NCBI GenBank assembly: GCA_013265495.1
Contig: MU057887.1
Span: 3,621,668 to 3,685,667, forward strand
Reading direction: 5' to 3'
From: Vicugna vicugna
Lineage: Eukaryota
Length of the DNA: 64,000 bases
Every line of letters starts with the position of its first letter. Positions within the stretch are counted from its first letter, which is position 1. The translations under genes were made by a program, and so were the position numbers. The notes below the pieces were generated by a model that had not been told where the DNA came from, did not search any database, and worked only from the letters and a program-made list of their open reading frames with translations. Shown here piece after piece: positions 11,387-23,092 of this stretch.

Positions 11387-12899
11387 CCACCATCCCACAC
11401 TTTTGATCGTCGGACCCTGTGCAGCTCCACAGTCCCTCCCAATTCACAACTGTCACACCATTGGGACCAGACTGCCCACTGCACAGAGTGGGCTGGGCCC
11501 TCCTAGCTCCGCCCTCACCGTCCAGACTGCCAGGCTCTGCCCCATCTGAGCTGGTTCCCAGAGGAGCAGTGAGTCCCCAGCTGACCCCCTGGGGAACGTG
11601 AAGCCTCATGACCCTTCAGAGGTGTCCGAGCTGCGGCGAGGGGGCTGGGCCTTGACCCCTCCATGGACTCTTCATGGGGAAGGAGCTCGGCGGTGGGAAG
11701 TGGCCTCTGGCCGAGGTCATCCCTGCGGGGGCTCAGGGTGAGGTCCCACCCCCAGCGCCAGCCCTGAAACCTGGCCTTGGCCTGGACACAGGTCGACTTC
11801 TCATACCACGTCCAGCCCCCCACCACCACCCGACTGTGTCCCTGTGATGGTTCACAGTGGAGGCCCACCCCACCACGTGGGCTCCCAGAGGTGCCCCGGC
11901 CCAGGGCTGGCCCCTGTGGGTGACCCCTTCCCAGGCTGCTCACTCTCTACCTGCCCAGCCCCAGCACAAGGGTGGCCCTGGGCCACCGCTCCCAGCTCAC
12001 ACGTGCTTCTCCAGGCCTGGCCTCCGGCCTCTGGTCCCTGGCCGGTGGGTGCCAGGGCCGAGCAGACAGGCAGGTGTGGGGGGTCGAGGGTGTTGTCCAG
12101 CCCACCACTCCGGATAGGACAGCCTTAAAGTTGGAGGACCGGGGTCAGGGCCTGGTGGTGCCTTCACTTTCCGTACACCCTCCGCCAGCCTGGAGAACCC
12201 TGGGTGGGTGGGGTGCGTTCAGGGTCTACGGGGAGGGGGCACTGGGGCCGAGGCAGAGGCGGGGGTGGTGGTACAAAAGGCCTCGGTCCTGGGGGCAGCG
12301 ATGGGCAGGAGGCGCCAAGCTGGGGTTGGGTGGGACCAGCCTTGGGGCTCTGCGGGGACGGGCTGCCATTCGGACCACACGCACCCTCCCAGTTCAGGGT
12401 CCTCAAAGCCCTCATTGTGGCTGGGATCATCCCAGACGCCAGGCTGGCTGGCTCCACACCACTAGGGGGCCAGGGGCCCAGCCAGACTGGGCTGTGTGCA
12501 GTGTGGGACGCCCACCTTTTCAGAGACCCCCCTCCTCCCCATCCCCGTGGAGAGAAGCTTCCAAGGGGCACCACCAGGCCCGGCCTGGGCAGCTAGTACA
12601 GGCTGCCCTCCCCCAGCCTGGCCAGCCCTGGTCCCTTGGCCACCAAACATTGTCTGGAGGAGGGTCTTTCTGCGCCCACCCATCTGCGGGGAGGACGGGT
12701 CGGGGAGGTCTTCCTCAGGGCAGGGCTCCGTGGACGGAAGCGCTCCCAGGCTTTGTCTAGGGAATGAACGGGGGAGGGCGGGAAAGGGTATCTGACCACG
12801 TGCCCCACTCACCCCCGAAGACCGAGAGGGCTCCCAGGCAGGTCCAAGGCAGCGCCCCCCGGGCCTGCAGGCCAGTGGGTCCGCTTCCCTGCCTCCCTG

Positions 12900-13560
12900 T
12901 CCTCGGAGGAACGGCCCGTGGGCCTCAGTGTCCTGGCTCCGGACGTGGGCCCCTGGCCCGCCCTCCCCGCGCCCTCCAGGCCGGAGCTGCGCGCTGCTCT
13001 GCCCCCACACAGCAGGGAAGGGCTGGCCCCCTCCCTCCGTGCCCGCCCTCCGGGAGCATGTCGCGGCGGCGGGGCGGGGAGGGGCGGGGCGGGGCGGGGA
13101 GGTCGGAAAGGGGCCGCCCGCGCCTCTCCCCCCGCCCCGGCCCCTCCCCGCCGCGCCCGGGCCCCGGGGCCCCCTCCCCCACTCCCGGAGCAGCGGGGAT
13201 GCGGCGGGGATGACGCCGACGGTAAAGCCCAAGGTTTCGGGACGTAGGCGCGGCGCGTGCGCGGTGGGCCACGACCTTCTTGGAAAGCGCTTGGCGCCAG
13301 GTGGCCGCGGGCGGGATGCGCGCGCTCCCCTTTACGTCATCGCAGGGGGTTCCCGAAGGAAACAGGCCTGGCGGAAGCGGGCGGGTGAATGAGATGCGAG
13401 GTCGAGGGTGGGCGGAAAGCAGGCCGCCCCCCACGTCCGCCGGGTGAGGGCGGCGGCGCGGAGTCTCAGCTCCGGAAGGATCCGGCGCTGGGGCCCCAGG
13501 GCTCTGGCCTGATGTGCGCAAGGGACCCGCACTTGCTCGCTGGGGCGTGAAGGTGTCTGT
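12900..13560. promoter_or_regulatory. Intergenic CpG island with Sp/KLF GC-box array and CRE-like site
   Basis: Dense CpG; six GGGG runs 13071-13099; TTACGTCA 13332-13339; CGGAAG motifs. Confidence 0.7.
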
Positions 13561-14448
13561 CCCTGGCGCCGAGGTTCTGTGCCCATTCCGTCCCACACGT
13601 CCTTCACCCCCTCCTGCCTGTGCCAAGGGTGGTCTCAGCAGGGTCTGAGCCCCCTCAGCTTCCCCCTCCCCGGGGAAGCACGGCCTTGCCCATGGGCCCC
13701 TGGACCACAGCCCACCCTCCCAGTGGGAGCCTGGTGGCACCTCTTACTGGGCTCAGGGAGAGGAGGGTAGCAGCCCCTGGAACCCCGCGGGGCTGGAGGT
13801 AGGGGGGTGCCTCTGTGGGGGTCAGCTCTGATCTGTTTACCAGGAGCTGACCATCCTTTGTAGTTTCAGAAAACGGTCAAAGAGAATAAACCTCAGACAG
13901 CGGGGTGACCGCCAGCCCCCCATCCCTTGGACGAATCTGATCCCCCGTGTATTGCCCCCACACGTGTCCTGCTGGAAGCCCAGTGGGCCTGCCAGGTCAG
14001 CTGGGACCCTGTGTCAAATCCACTTCTGGTCATGGACTAGGAATGAAGTGCTCCTTGGGGGTGAGACCCCCACGATCCCTTTTCACCCCTCCTCCACGGT
14101 CTCCCGTCTGATGCCAGGCGTGGGGGCTGATCTGAGCACCCCTCCTCCACCTTGGGTCCCTCCGTCTAGCCCTGCCCCCTCCCACCTCCCACTATCCGTC
14201 ATCAGCACATCCGTCCTTAGGGTGAATGGTGGCTGGCAGAGGCCCCCCCCCCCCCGGGAGAGCAGGGCAGGAGGCACCAGCCAGAGACCCCCCAGCCTAC
14301 TGCCCCAGGTGAACTGCACGCAGATCCTGGCTCAGCTGCTGACAGATAACAGTGGCCCTTGTCCAGCCTCGGGGTGGGGGCTGGGGTACCAGCCCCGGGT
14401 GTCTCGGGCAGATAATGGCACCCGCCCCCCCCCCCCCCCAGGCCAATT

Positions 14449-14656
14449 NNNNNNNNNNNNNNNNNNNNNNNNNNNNNNNNNNNNNNNNNNNNNNNNNNNN
14501 NNNNNNNNNNNNNNNNNNNNNNNNNNNNNNNNNNNNNNNNNNNNNNNNNNNNNNNNNNNNNNNNNNNNNNNNNNNNNNNNNNNNNNNNNNNNNNNNNNNN
14601 NNNNNNNNNNNNNNNNNNNNNNNNNNNNNNNNNNNNNNNNNNNNNNNNNNNNNNNN
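14449..14656. other. Assembly gap (208 N)
   Basis: Run of N, with poly-C tracts close by on both sides. Confidence 0.99.
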
Positions 14657-14702
14657 GCCCCCCCCACCCTCAGGCATATTGTCCATTCACTCTCCATCCT
14701 CA

Positions 14703-14743
14703 CTATTAATAGCTTCTCTCCTCAGTGGAGCCGCTATAAATAG
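14703..14743. promoter_or_regulatory. Pair of consensus MEF2 sites (CTATTAATAG, CTATAAATAG)
   Basis: Both match CTA(A/T)4TAG, at 14703-14712 and 14734-14743. Confidence 0.55.
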
Positions 14744-17700
14744 TCCCCCAGCCCCTCACACAGGCCCGTTCTGGCGCCTGCTGCCCAGGCACACACAATC
14801 ACCCACACACGCCTGCACACTGGCCCACTCAGAGCCGCACGCCCGGGCACTGAGCCCACGCCTGCCCCGCTCCGTGGCCGGGCGCGCAGAGGGCTGTACA
14901 CGGCCCAGCTGCCCTCAGCAGAGGCCATCCCTGCGCCCCTCAGGGGTCCTCCCCGAGCCAGAGCCAGGCAGGGGTGTTGTTTCCATCCCCGTTGCTGCCT
15001 CTCCTGTCTCTCCCTGAGGCCACCCAGCCAAGGGGCCTGGAGCAGGCATTCTGGCCCGTGCCCCCTTCTCAGGATGCAGACACACCCGGGCTGCTCCTGG
15101 GGGCTGTACTCGGGGCTTTGGTGCCAGGGGCAGAGACTCCCTGCACCTTAAGCTTTCTCAGCTGGGGAGCGAGCACCATGTGCCCACCTGGCTGCACGCC
15201 CAGGGGCTGCTCCCCCAGCCCACTTGGTGGGGGAGCCACCTGGAGGCGGGGCCTGGCCCCTGCTGTCCCCTCTCAGGAGACCCAGCCCTGTGTGCACTCA
15301 GCGCTGGCTCTCTGCTCCCAGTGCTGCTGGGTCAGGCCCTGAGGCTCACAGGCCCTGCCTTCCCCCAAGGGGTGCAGGCCCCACCCAGCCCCCACCCACC
15401 CTGACTCCCTGGTTCTCGTGGACCCCAAAGCTGGGCTGGCCTCCCGCCTGTCCCAGGGGGTGGGCGCCACTGAATTCCTGTCCTCTGCTTGTCCTAGGGG
15501 CCTCATCAAAAGTAGCCATGCCGTGACCCCCATTCCCACAGTGACAGGATGGCCCCTGACCCGGGGAGCTTCCCCTACAGGACCCCGTGGCTGTTGGTGC
15601 CGGTGGCCGGGATGGGGGGCTTGGAGATCACTGTTATTGTGCCAAGAGGAGAAAGAAAACAACCCTGTTTACGGAAAAGGCACGTCCGCTGCTGCTGGCC
15701 CACAGCCTCCCTAGGGGACAGAGGCCCTTTGTTAGGAAAACAGGAAGCGAGGATTTCCAGGACCCGTCGGGCCACCCGCCGGCCACCCGCCTAGTTTCCG
15801 CCAATTCTCAGCAGTTTCTGCCTGTCGCCAGCTGCCTGTCTGTCCATCTCCTTGTCTGCACGTCCCTCTGAGCTCCAGGCTCAGAGGCTTGCAGCTTTGG
15901 GGCAAAGCTGCTGCCATCCCAGCTCCACAGGCAGGGGTGGGGGGTAATCACCTAGAGGTGGCTCTCCCCTGCACCGTGTGCCCTGGTCACCCAGGGGCAG
16001 ACACCCAGAAAGCACCCAGGTGCCTGGCTTCGGGCAGAGCTGGAAACACTGACCAGCCAGGCCCTCAGAGTGCTGGAGTCACAGACTCGTGTGGAAACCC
16101 ACCGAGAGGTCAGCCCCGCCTGTTGGCCCGCCACGAGCCAGGAAACACATGTGTGGGTGGGGGCTTTGTTAGGTCACGACCACCAGGAGCACCCCTGGGG
16201 GCAGCCCTGGACCGAAGGCCCAAGGGGCACGGAGAAGGGGGGCGGGGGAACTAGAGGGCTGAGGGGGAGGCTGAGACAGCCTGAGACCCCCTCCTGCCCC
16301 CATACCCTGCCCCTCCCCGTCCCAGGCCAGGTGGGACCGTGGGGTCAGCAGTCACCTGGCTGCACAGGCCAACGTCCAGCCAGGGGCTCACCAGCTACTC
16401 GCTAGTTGTCCCCACCCCAGCGTGGGCACATGTGCACGCCTGTGTGCTCACCTGTACATATGCGCACATGCAATCACACGTGTTCTTGCGTACACACATG
16501 CACAGGCATAAACATGTGGGCACTGATTGTCAGCACAGTCACCATGTCCCCATGTGCAGGACGTGACCAGCTGCACCCCCCACCCCTCCCCCAGCCGACA
16601 TCTGCTAGGGGAGATGGATGAGGCCCAGTTGGCTCCCCCACCTCTTGGGCACTGGCCCCGGGCTGGCTTGCGGGGTGGCCCTGCCTGGTGCAGCTGGGAG
16701 GTGCCACAGGGTGCCTGGTGCTGGCGGGAGCTGGGCCAGCACTGCTAGGGTGACCGTTCCCCACCCCCACCCAGCAGGAAACCACCCCTCCCCCTGCCTG
16801 GGCTTCTCTGATTCTGAGTGGCCTCTGCTTCATGCCCTGTCCATCCAACTCGGTTGCACCGTGGCCTCAGCCCTGCGGGGCGGGTGCGGGGCAGGCACCG
16901 GAAGGCCAAGGGACCAGTGTCCAGGGGAAGTCAGAGAAAGGAGGTCCAGGGCACAGCAGGCCGGGCGGGCCCTGGGGCCCTGCTTCTCTGGCGGGTGTCC
17001 GATACCCCTGGGGCAACCCAGCGGCCGCCCCTGTGTCTGCCTGTCCTCTCCTCTGTCCCCGTGCCCACCTGTGTCCCTGAAGGTGGGCAAAACACAGTGC
17101 TGTCCAAAGGGGGATGGCTCTGGCCAGGCCTGGCCGGTCAGCCCCTGTCCCTCCACATCCTGATGTGGCATCATCCTCAGGCTGCTGGTGGGAGAGCTTG
17201 GCCCCCATCAAAGCAGTTCTGAGTTTTCTGCTCTTTCTTTTGTTCAACCATCAATCACAAGGTAAAGGAGCCGAGCTGGCCCATGTCCCACCCTGGACTG
17301 GGAGGGGGGACTGAGACCTGGAGAGTGACCTCCCGAGCTCACAGGCAGCTGGACGCCAGTGACTCCCAGGGCCCCGATGCTGGGTGTGCAGCGGCTCGGA
17401 GGGGCTGTAAGAGCAGAAAGGGAGGCAAGAACTCCCCAACACCCTGACCAAGTGGCCTTCGGCCCAGCTCTGGCCCCGGCACAGGGAGCTCAGTCAGGGC
17501 TGAAGGACAGTGTGGGATGCAGAGGACAGCTGGGTCTCCTGGGGCTGAAGACCCCTCCAGGAGACTCTTGCCCTCTGCTGCCCACCTTTGTCTTCGGGGA
17601 GTGCCAGGGGCCAGGGAGGCCTGGCGGAGGTGAGGGAGGGGCTGCCTGGGTAGGGACCACTGGGTGGGGGCAAGGCGACAGTCAATGCCAGACCGCGGGC

Positions 17701-20700
17701 AGTATGGCCGGCCTAGCGCAGGGCCAGGCCCGCAAAAGCAGCACGCAGAGCAGAGCTGGTGGGAGGAGTTGGGGCAGATCCGGGGGGACTTGGCTTCTCG
17801 CCTGGGTCGGAGAGCCGGGTGGGCTGTGTGCAAGGGGCCGCAATCTGACCGAGGTTAAGCAGATCCTTCTGCTGCGCGGTGTGGGGGAGAGGCCGCTGTG
17901 GAACTCCCACAGCCCGGGTCAGGGGGCCAGGTTCCGGGTGGGGTCTTTGTCTGGTTCTGCTGCTCGTGGTCTGGGTCCAGTGTCATGGCCCCTGTGTCCA
18001 GGCCTCGGCGTGCTGCCATGGGTGTGTCCTCCGCGGGCTGATAGTCCACAGCCTGCCGAGGACCCCTGGAGGAGGCGCCTTGGCCAGACAATGGGGGAGA
18101 AAAGCAGGCACCGGGGGCCTGGCTTCAGTGCCTGCTTCAAGGATGCCTCCGCTGGAAGCTCAAGTCAGGGGATTTGTGTGTCCACATGTCCATCTGTCCT
18201 TGAGTCCGTATTTCCAAGTGTCTGTATGTCCATGTGCCCGTCTATCCCTCCGCCCGGCCATCTGCAATTCTAAAGACCCATTGGCTCTCCAGAAAGTTTT
18301 GTTTAATGGTAAATAAAGGAATAAACCCACTTGTCTGTGCAGTCACTGCCACCCGACCCCACCCCGCGACCTGACCGTGGTCCTGAAGTGCGCTCCCAGG
18401 AAAGAACTACTTACTTAATGATGACTGAGTGGGCGAGTGACTGAGTGACAGCGATGTGTTGGTCCAGTCCCCCCTCTGCTCACTGCTCACCCAGTCCAAG
18501 CCCCAACCTACCCTCCTGAGCAACAGAGGTGTGTGCGGGAAGGAGAGATGTCCCCAGTGTTGCGTGTGTAGCTCCTGAAGCTAGGCAGCCATTGGACCCC
18601 TGCCTAGTGTGGCTGGGCCCAGGCTGGGCTCTGAGGGGTGTGGGGCGGCTCCTCGGGGACTCCTCTGCCCTGGTCCATGGGGTGGGTGATGTGAGGGCCG
18701 GTCATCACCCACCAGAGTCCCCAGACTCCAAGTCAGCCTCACCTGCATTCGAGCCAGCTGTCACAGCCGGGGGAGGCAGGGAGGGCCAGTTCCTGCGGGG
18801 GGCCCAGGCTTCCGCTGCGCACCCCCAGTGCAGGCCACAGGGGCACCCAAGATGGGGAGGCCGGCCACTCCCACCTGGAAGCAAGCAGGGCAGGGACACC
18901 CTTTGAGTGACTGGCAACTTTTTCTAAAAATCACCCTTGGGCGCCTGCTCCCCAGCCCCCACATCCAGAGCAGAGCCCCGGAAACAGCAGCCCGCTGTGG
19001 GCTGGTGAGTGGGTGGGGGCCATGTGGCTGGAGGGCCTCATGGCCTGTGGCTACCCGACCCCCAGACCCCCCTGCCCGCAGCGCTGTCCCCCACCCCTTT
19101 CCTGCCCCGAGTCTTCAGGAAAGGACCCACAGACCTGTCAAGAAGGGAGGTTTTCTCCTTAATGAGGACCCCAGCCTTTGGGACGCTCCGGCTGGTGACT
19201 CTTCCCTGACACAGAGTCTGGTCTTGGCAGTCACACTGCCTGCCGCCTCGAACATGGTGGCCACCTGCTCATCTGCTGGCCTCAAGCAGCCCGGCCGTGC
19301 TCCTCACTGTGTGCCCTGGAGAGACTGGCTTCCTTGAGCACCAAGATCTCCGACTCACAGGGCCCAGAGCTGTGGGGACTGGAACACAGGCTCCCCGGGG
19401 TGGAGGGACACTGGGAGCGACCACTCCAGCTCCCCTCCCTCGGGTCCTGGCACAGCACAACTCAGGTCCCATGCTCCAGCACCCAGGGCCTGCACTGTGA
19501 CCCTGCCACCGTGAGGACACTGACATTCCAAGGGTTCTCAGTCCTGGGACCTTGCCATGTGAATGCCGGAGCCCTGACACAGCCCTGGAGCAGAGCTGGC
19601 CAGTGTGCATGGTCTGTTCCGTGGGAGAGCTGTGTCTGGTCCTCTTTCTTGATGGGGACAGAAAACAGTGCATTCACCAAACCCGGAGCCGCGGTCCCCT
19701 CACCAGAGGCTACAGCATTGCGCTCGCTCCCCCCAGACACCGCACCTGCGGCCGCCCGGTCACCACCAGGGCCACCCCAGTGACTAAACGGGGAAGAGGT
19801 GGAGACCACCGCCTGCACCTCAGGGCTGCAGGGAGACATGTCTCTGTCCCACGCTGGTAGCTCTTCCCTCCTAGGCTGAGCACCTCGTGCAAGGGGTGTC
19901 CCGGTTCAGTGCATCCACGCCTGCTGTGCACTCAGGGACTGGAGAAGTGGCCACTGTGGCCCATGGGTCACCTGCCTTCACAGGACCCATCACCTGACCC
20001 CACGTGCCCCAGCTCTAGCAGGATCATGACGTTCCGCCAGGTGCCGATGCCAGCGCAGACCCAACGCTGTGTCCTCTCCCCAGGCCGCTGTGCGGGGTCC
20101 TGCGGGGCTGTGCCATCCCCTCAGCGCGGGCCACTCCTCCAGTTGCTGGGTCACCATGGTGTTGCCCAGTGACGGGCTGGGAGCTGCCAGAGGCTTCAGC
20201 TGGGGGTGGAGCTGGCCATGGCGAGAGGCCATCAGGGAGGACAGGGCAGAGCAGTGGGAGGACCAGATTTAGTCATCCAGGCCCCTGGCTGCACTGCCAG
20301 GGTGGAGGCAGGGAGGGCTGTGAGGAGGGGCACTGGGGTCTTCCAGGTGAGGCAGGACAGTGACAGGGGCCAGGGGTGGGTGGTGAGCACTGGCAGATTC
20401 TGCATGCCCTGTGCCTCCCCTCCCCTCCAGGGTGGACCTGGCTGCTCTGGAACCTCCCCGTGGAGAGGCCCACGTGTGCGGAGCTGCAAGAGGCTGGAGC
20501 AGTCACAGGGTTCCCACCCTGGCCAACCCTTCCCGTGAGACCACAGCCCCACTCAGCACCATGACGCAGAGGAAATGGCCCTGCCACGCCTGGATTCCAG
20601 ACCCACAGAGGCCAGGAGACAATGAACCCATGTCGATTTAAGCCATGAGGGTTTGGGGTAATCTGCTACCTGACAAAAGATGACCCACACAGTTGAGGGT

Positions 20701-21114
20701 GGAGCCAGCTGTGGGTGAGAGAGAAGCCCAGGGCGCCCAGAAAGGGAAGGGAGCCTGGCTGTCAGGGCCCTTGGCCAGCCGGGCCGGCCGGTAGGGGAGA
20801 TCCAGACAGGCGTGTCAGATGAGCGGTGAAGCCACAGAGGTCGCTGTTGGACCCTGTGGAGGGAAACATGATGGGGCGGGGGCTGTGAAGGGTGCAGAGC
20901 ACGGGGAGGTGGGTCAGGGATGGGGAGAGAGGGAGACGGAGCAGCAGGAGGGCAGCTGGGAGGGTGCTTCTCCCGCCACATCCACTGCCCCAGTGGAAGG
21001 GAGTGGCCATGAGAGGGTCCAAGGGGGAAAGAGGCAGGTTGGTGGGGGCCGGGATTCTGGGCTGGGCGAGGAAGAAGGAGAGGGAGGGAGGGAAGGAGGG
21101 GGTGTCTGGGAGTG

Positions 21115-21825
21115 AAAAGATGCAAACCAAGACCACCCTGAGCTCCCACTCACGCCCACCAGGATGGGTGTCACCAAAAATCAAAACGAACCAAGCAGTA
21201 CGTGGCCAAGATGTGGTAAACTTGTACCCTGTGGCTGCTGAGGGGAATGTGACTGGTGGAAAACACAGTGGATGTGCCCCAGGATGCTGGGCTCGCGTCC
21301 CCTGCGACCCAGGCCCCGTCCTTGGGTGTCGGCTTGAAAGAGCTGAACACGGGGGGCCCCGACCGCCATCCACACGCCCAGGTCCATGGCAGTGTATTCC
21401 CAGGACACAAAGGGGCCTGTGTGTCCACCACCTGACGAATGCAGAGTTTGGTCCACCCAGACAGTGGCCTTAACGGAGGGGATCCCGACACAGCATAGCA
21501 GATGCTACGATGTGGTTGGACTTTGAGGACACTGTGCTGAGCGAAGCAAGCCAGTCACAAAGGGGAAGTACTGCCCGATCGACTCCTTCTAGGTGCCCGG
21601 AGAAGTCAGATTCAGAGGCAGAGAGGAGCGGGTGGGTACCAGGGGCCGGGTGAGCAGGACTGAGTGTCCATCGCGGACCGAGGGTCAGTTTGGGAAGATG
21701 AGGAAGTTCTGGAGGGAATGATGGTGGTGGTCACACCACAGCCTGAACGTACTTAATGCCACTGAGCTGTGCACTTAGTGGTAAATGGCAAATTTTATAT
21801 TAGGCACATGTTACCATGATGCAAA
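21115..21825 (+). mobile_element. Old L1 (L1MB-like) ORF2 end plus 3' UTR
   Basis: Hallmark 3' UTR text gggtcagtttgggaagatgaggaagttctggag...gaacgtacttaatgccactgagctgtgcactta. Confidence 0.75.
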
Positions 21826-23020
21826 ATAGAAACAGCTGGGTTAGTCTGGTGCAGCGTTTCACTGTTCTGGTAGGAAAAAAACATACACTCCTCTCCCATG
21901 AGCTGCAGTGTGTGCCGTGAGGGCACGGCTCTCCGGTGACCTCACCCGGCTCGGTACACAGATAAAGGGTAACATTCACGGTGCTGATGTTTAAATTAAA
22001 TGTTCATTTACAACATTAAATAAATGAATAAAAATAGCACGACAAATCTGTGCACTTTTCTGCCTGTATGTTGCGTTTAACAATTAAAATGTTAAAATAT
22101 ATATCTATATACATATTTTAAAAGACATTTCCTGGGCATATCTCCCCGTCACCTCCCGAGGCCCCCAGCCCCAGGTCTGAGAACTCAGGGCAGCCCTGGG
22201 GCCCCCGGGGCCACCAGTCGGGTCTCTGATTGGCAGTCTGCACTCTAACAAGCTCCAGGACCTCCCCAAGGGCCCCTCCCGGCTGGTCTGAGTCGAGCTG
22301 CCTTTGGTGAGAGGAGCGATGTCGAGTGGCTCACCGCTGCCTGCTTACACTGACTGCACGATGAGGCCGCATGTCGGAGAGACCAGGGTAAATAACACTA
22401 AGTTTCATTTCCCCTGTTTCTTGCTGCTTTACTTGAGTTCTTGCTACTTTCGCCTGAGTTTGCTGTGTCTTGGGTGGCACTGGTCTAGAAGGCCCCTCCC
22501 CTTTTTTTCTTTTTCAAACAGCTCTGAGAGGGCCCGCTGCACAGCCTGGAGCTGGCGGGAGACTGGACCCAGTGCCAGCCCATCCTCCCCTCGGGTCCCC
22601 TCCCCACATCTGATCACACCCCAGCAGCCAGGCCCCTCCCTGTCCTGTCAACCTGGGCTTACCTTCACCTGCCCCTCAGCATCCCGCCCCGCCAGTTCCT
22701 CCCCACCTCGGTGTCCCCAGCACTCCCACTCACCTTGCCCAGGCTACCCCCACCTTCCCACCTCCCCCAACCCAGCCTGGCCAGCTCTGGCCACCTCAAG
22801 CCCAACCCAGAAACTGGGGACCACAAATCTGGAAGCCCCGGGGGTCTGTTCAGAATTCCTCTCACCAGCCTCATGGGCCACAGGATGGGGACAAGTGCCC
22901 CATTAGTGCAGAGGAGACAAGGCAGCCTGGCCCCGTACAGCTGAGCTGCAGAACCACCACCAGGGTGTAGGGATACGGGGCCTGGACGAGGTCTTCTAAC
23001 AGATGAGGACGTGTGCTGAG

Positions 23021-23092
23021 CCGGCTGGGGCTAGACCCCAGCTTTGTGACCCAGATGGGGCTAGGCCCCAGCTTTGTGACCCGGATGGGGCT
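23021..23092. repeat. 30-bp tandem repeat x2.4
   Basis: Units ccggctggggctagaccccagctttgtgac / ccagatggggctaggccccagctttgtgac / ccggatggggct. Confidence 0.9.

Noticed and set aside
13952..15017. ORFs spanning 14449-14656
   Set aside because: Artefacts of translating through the N gap
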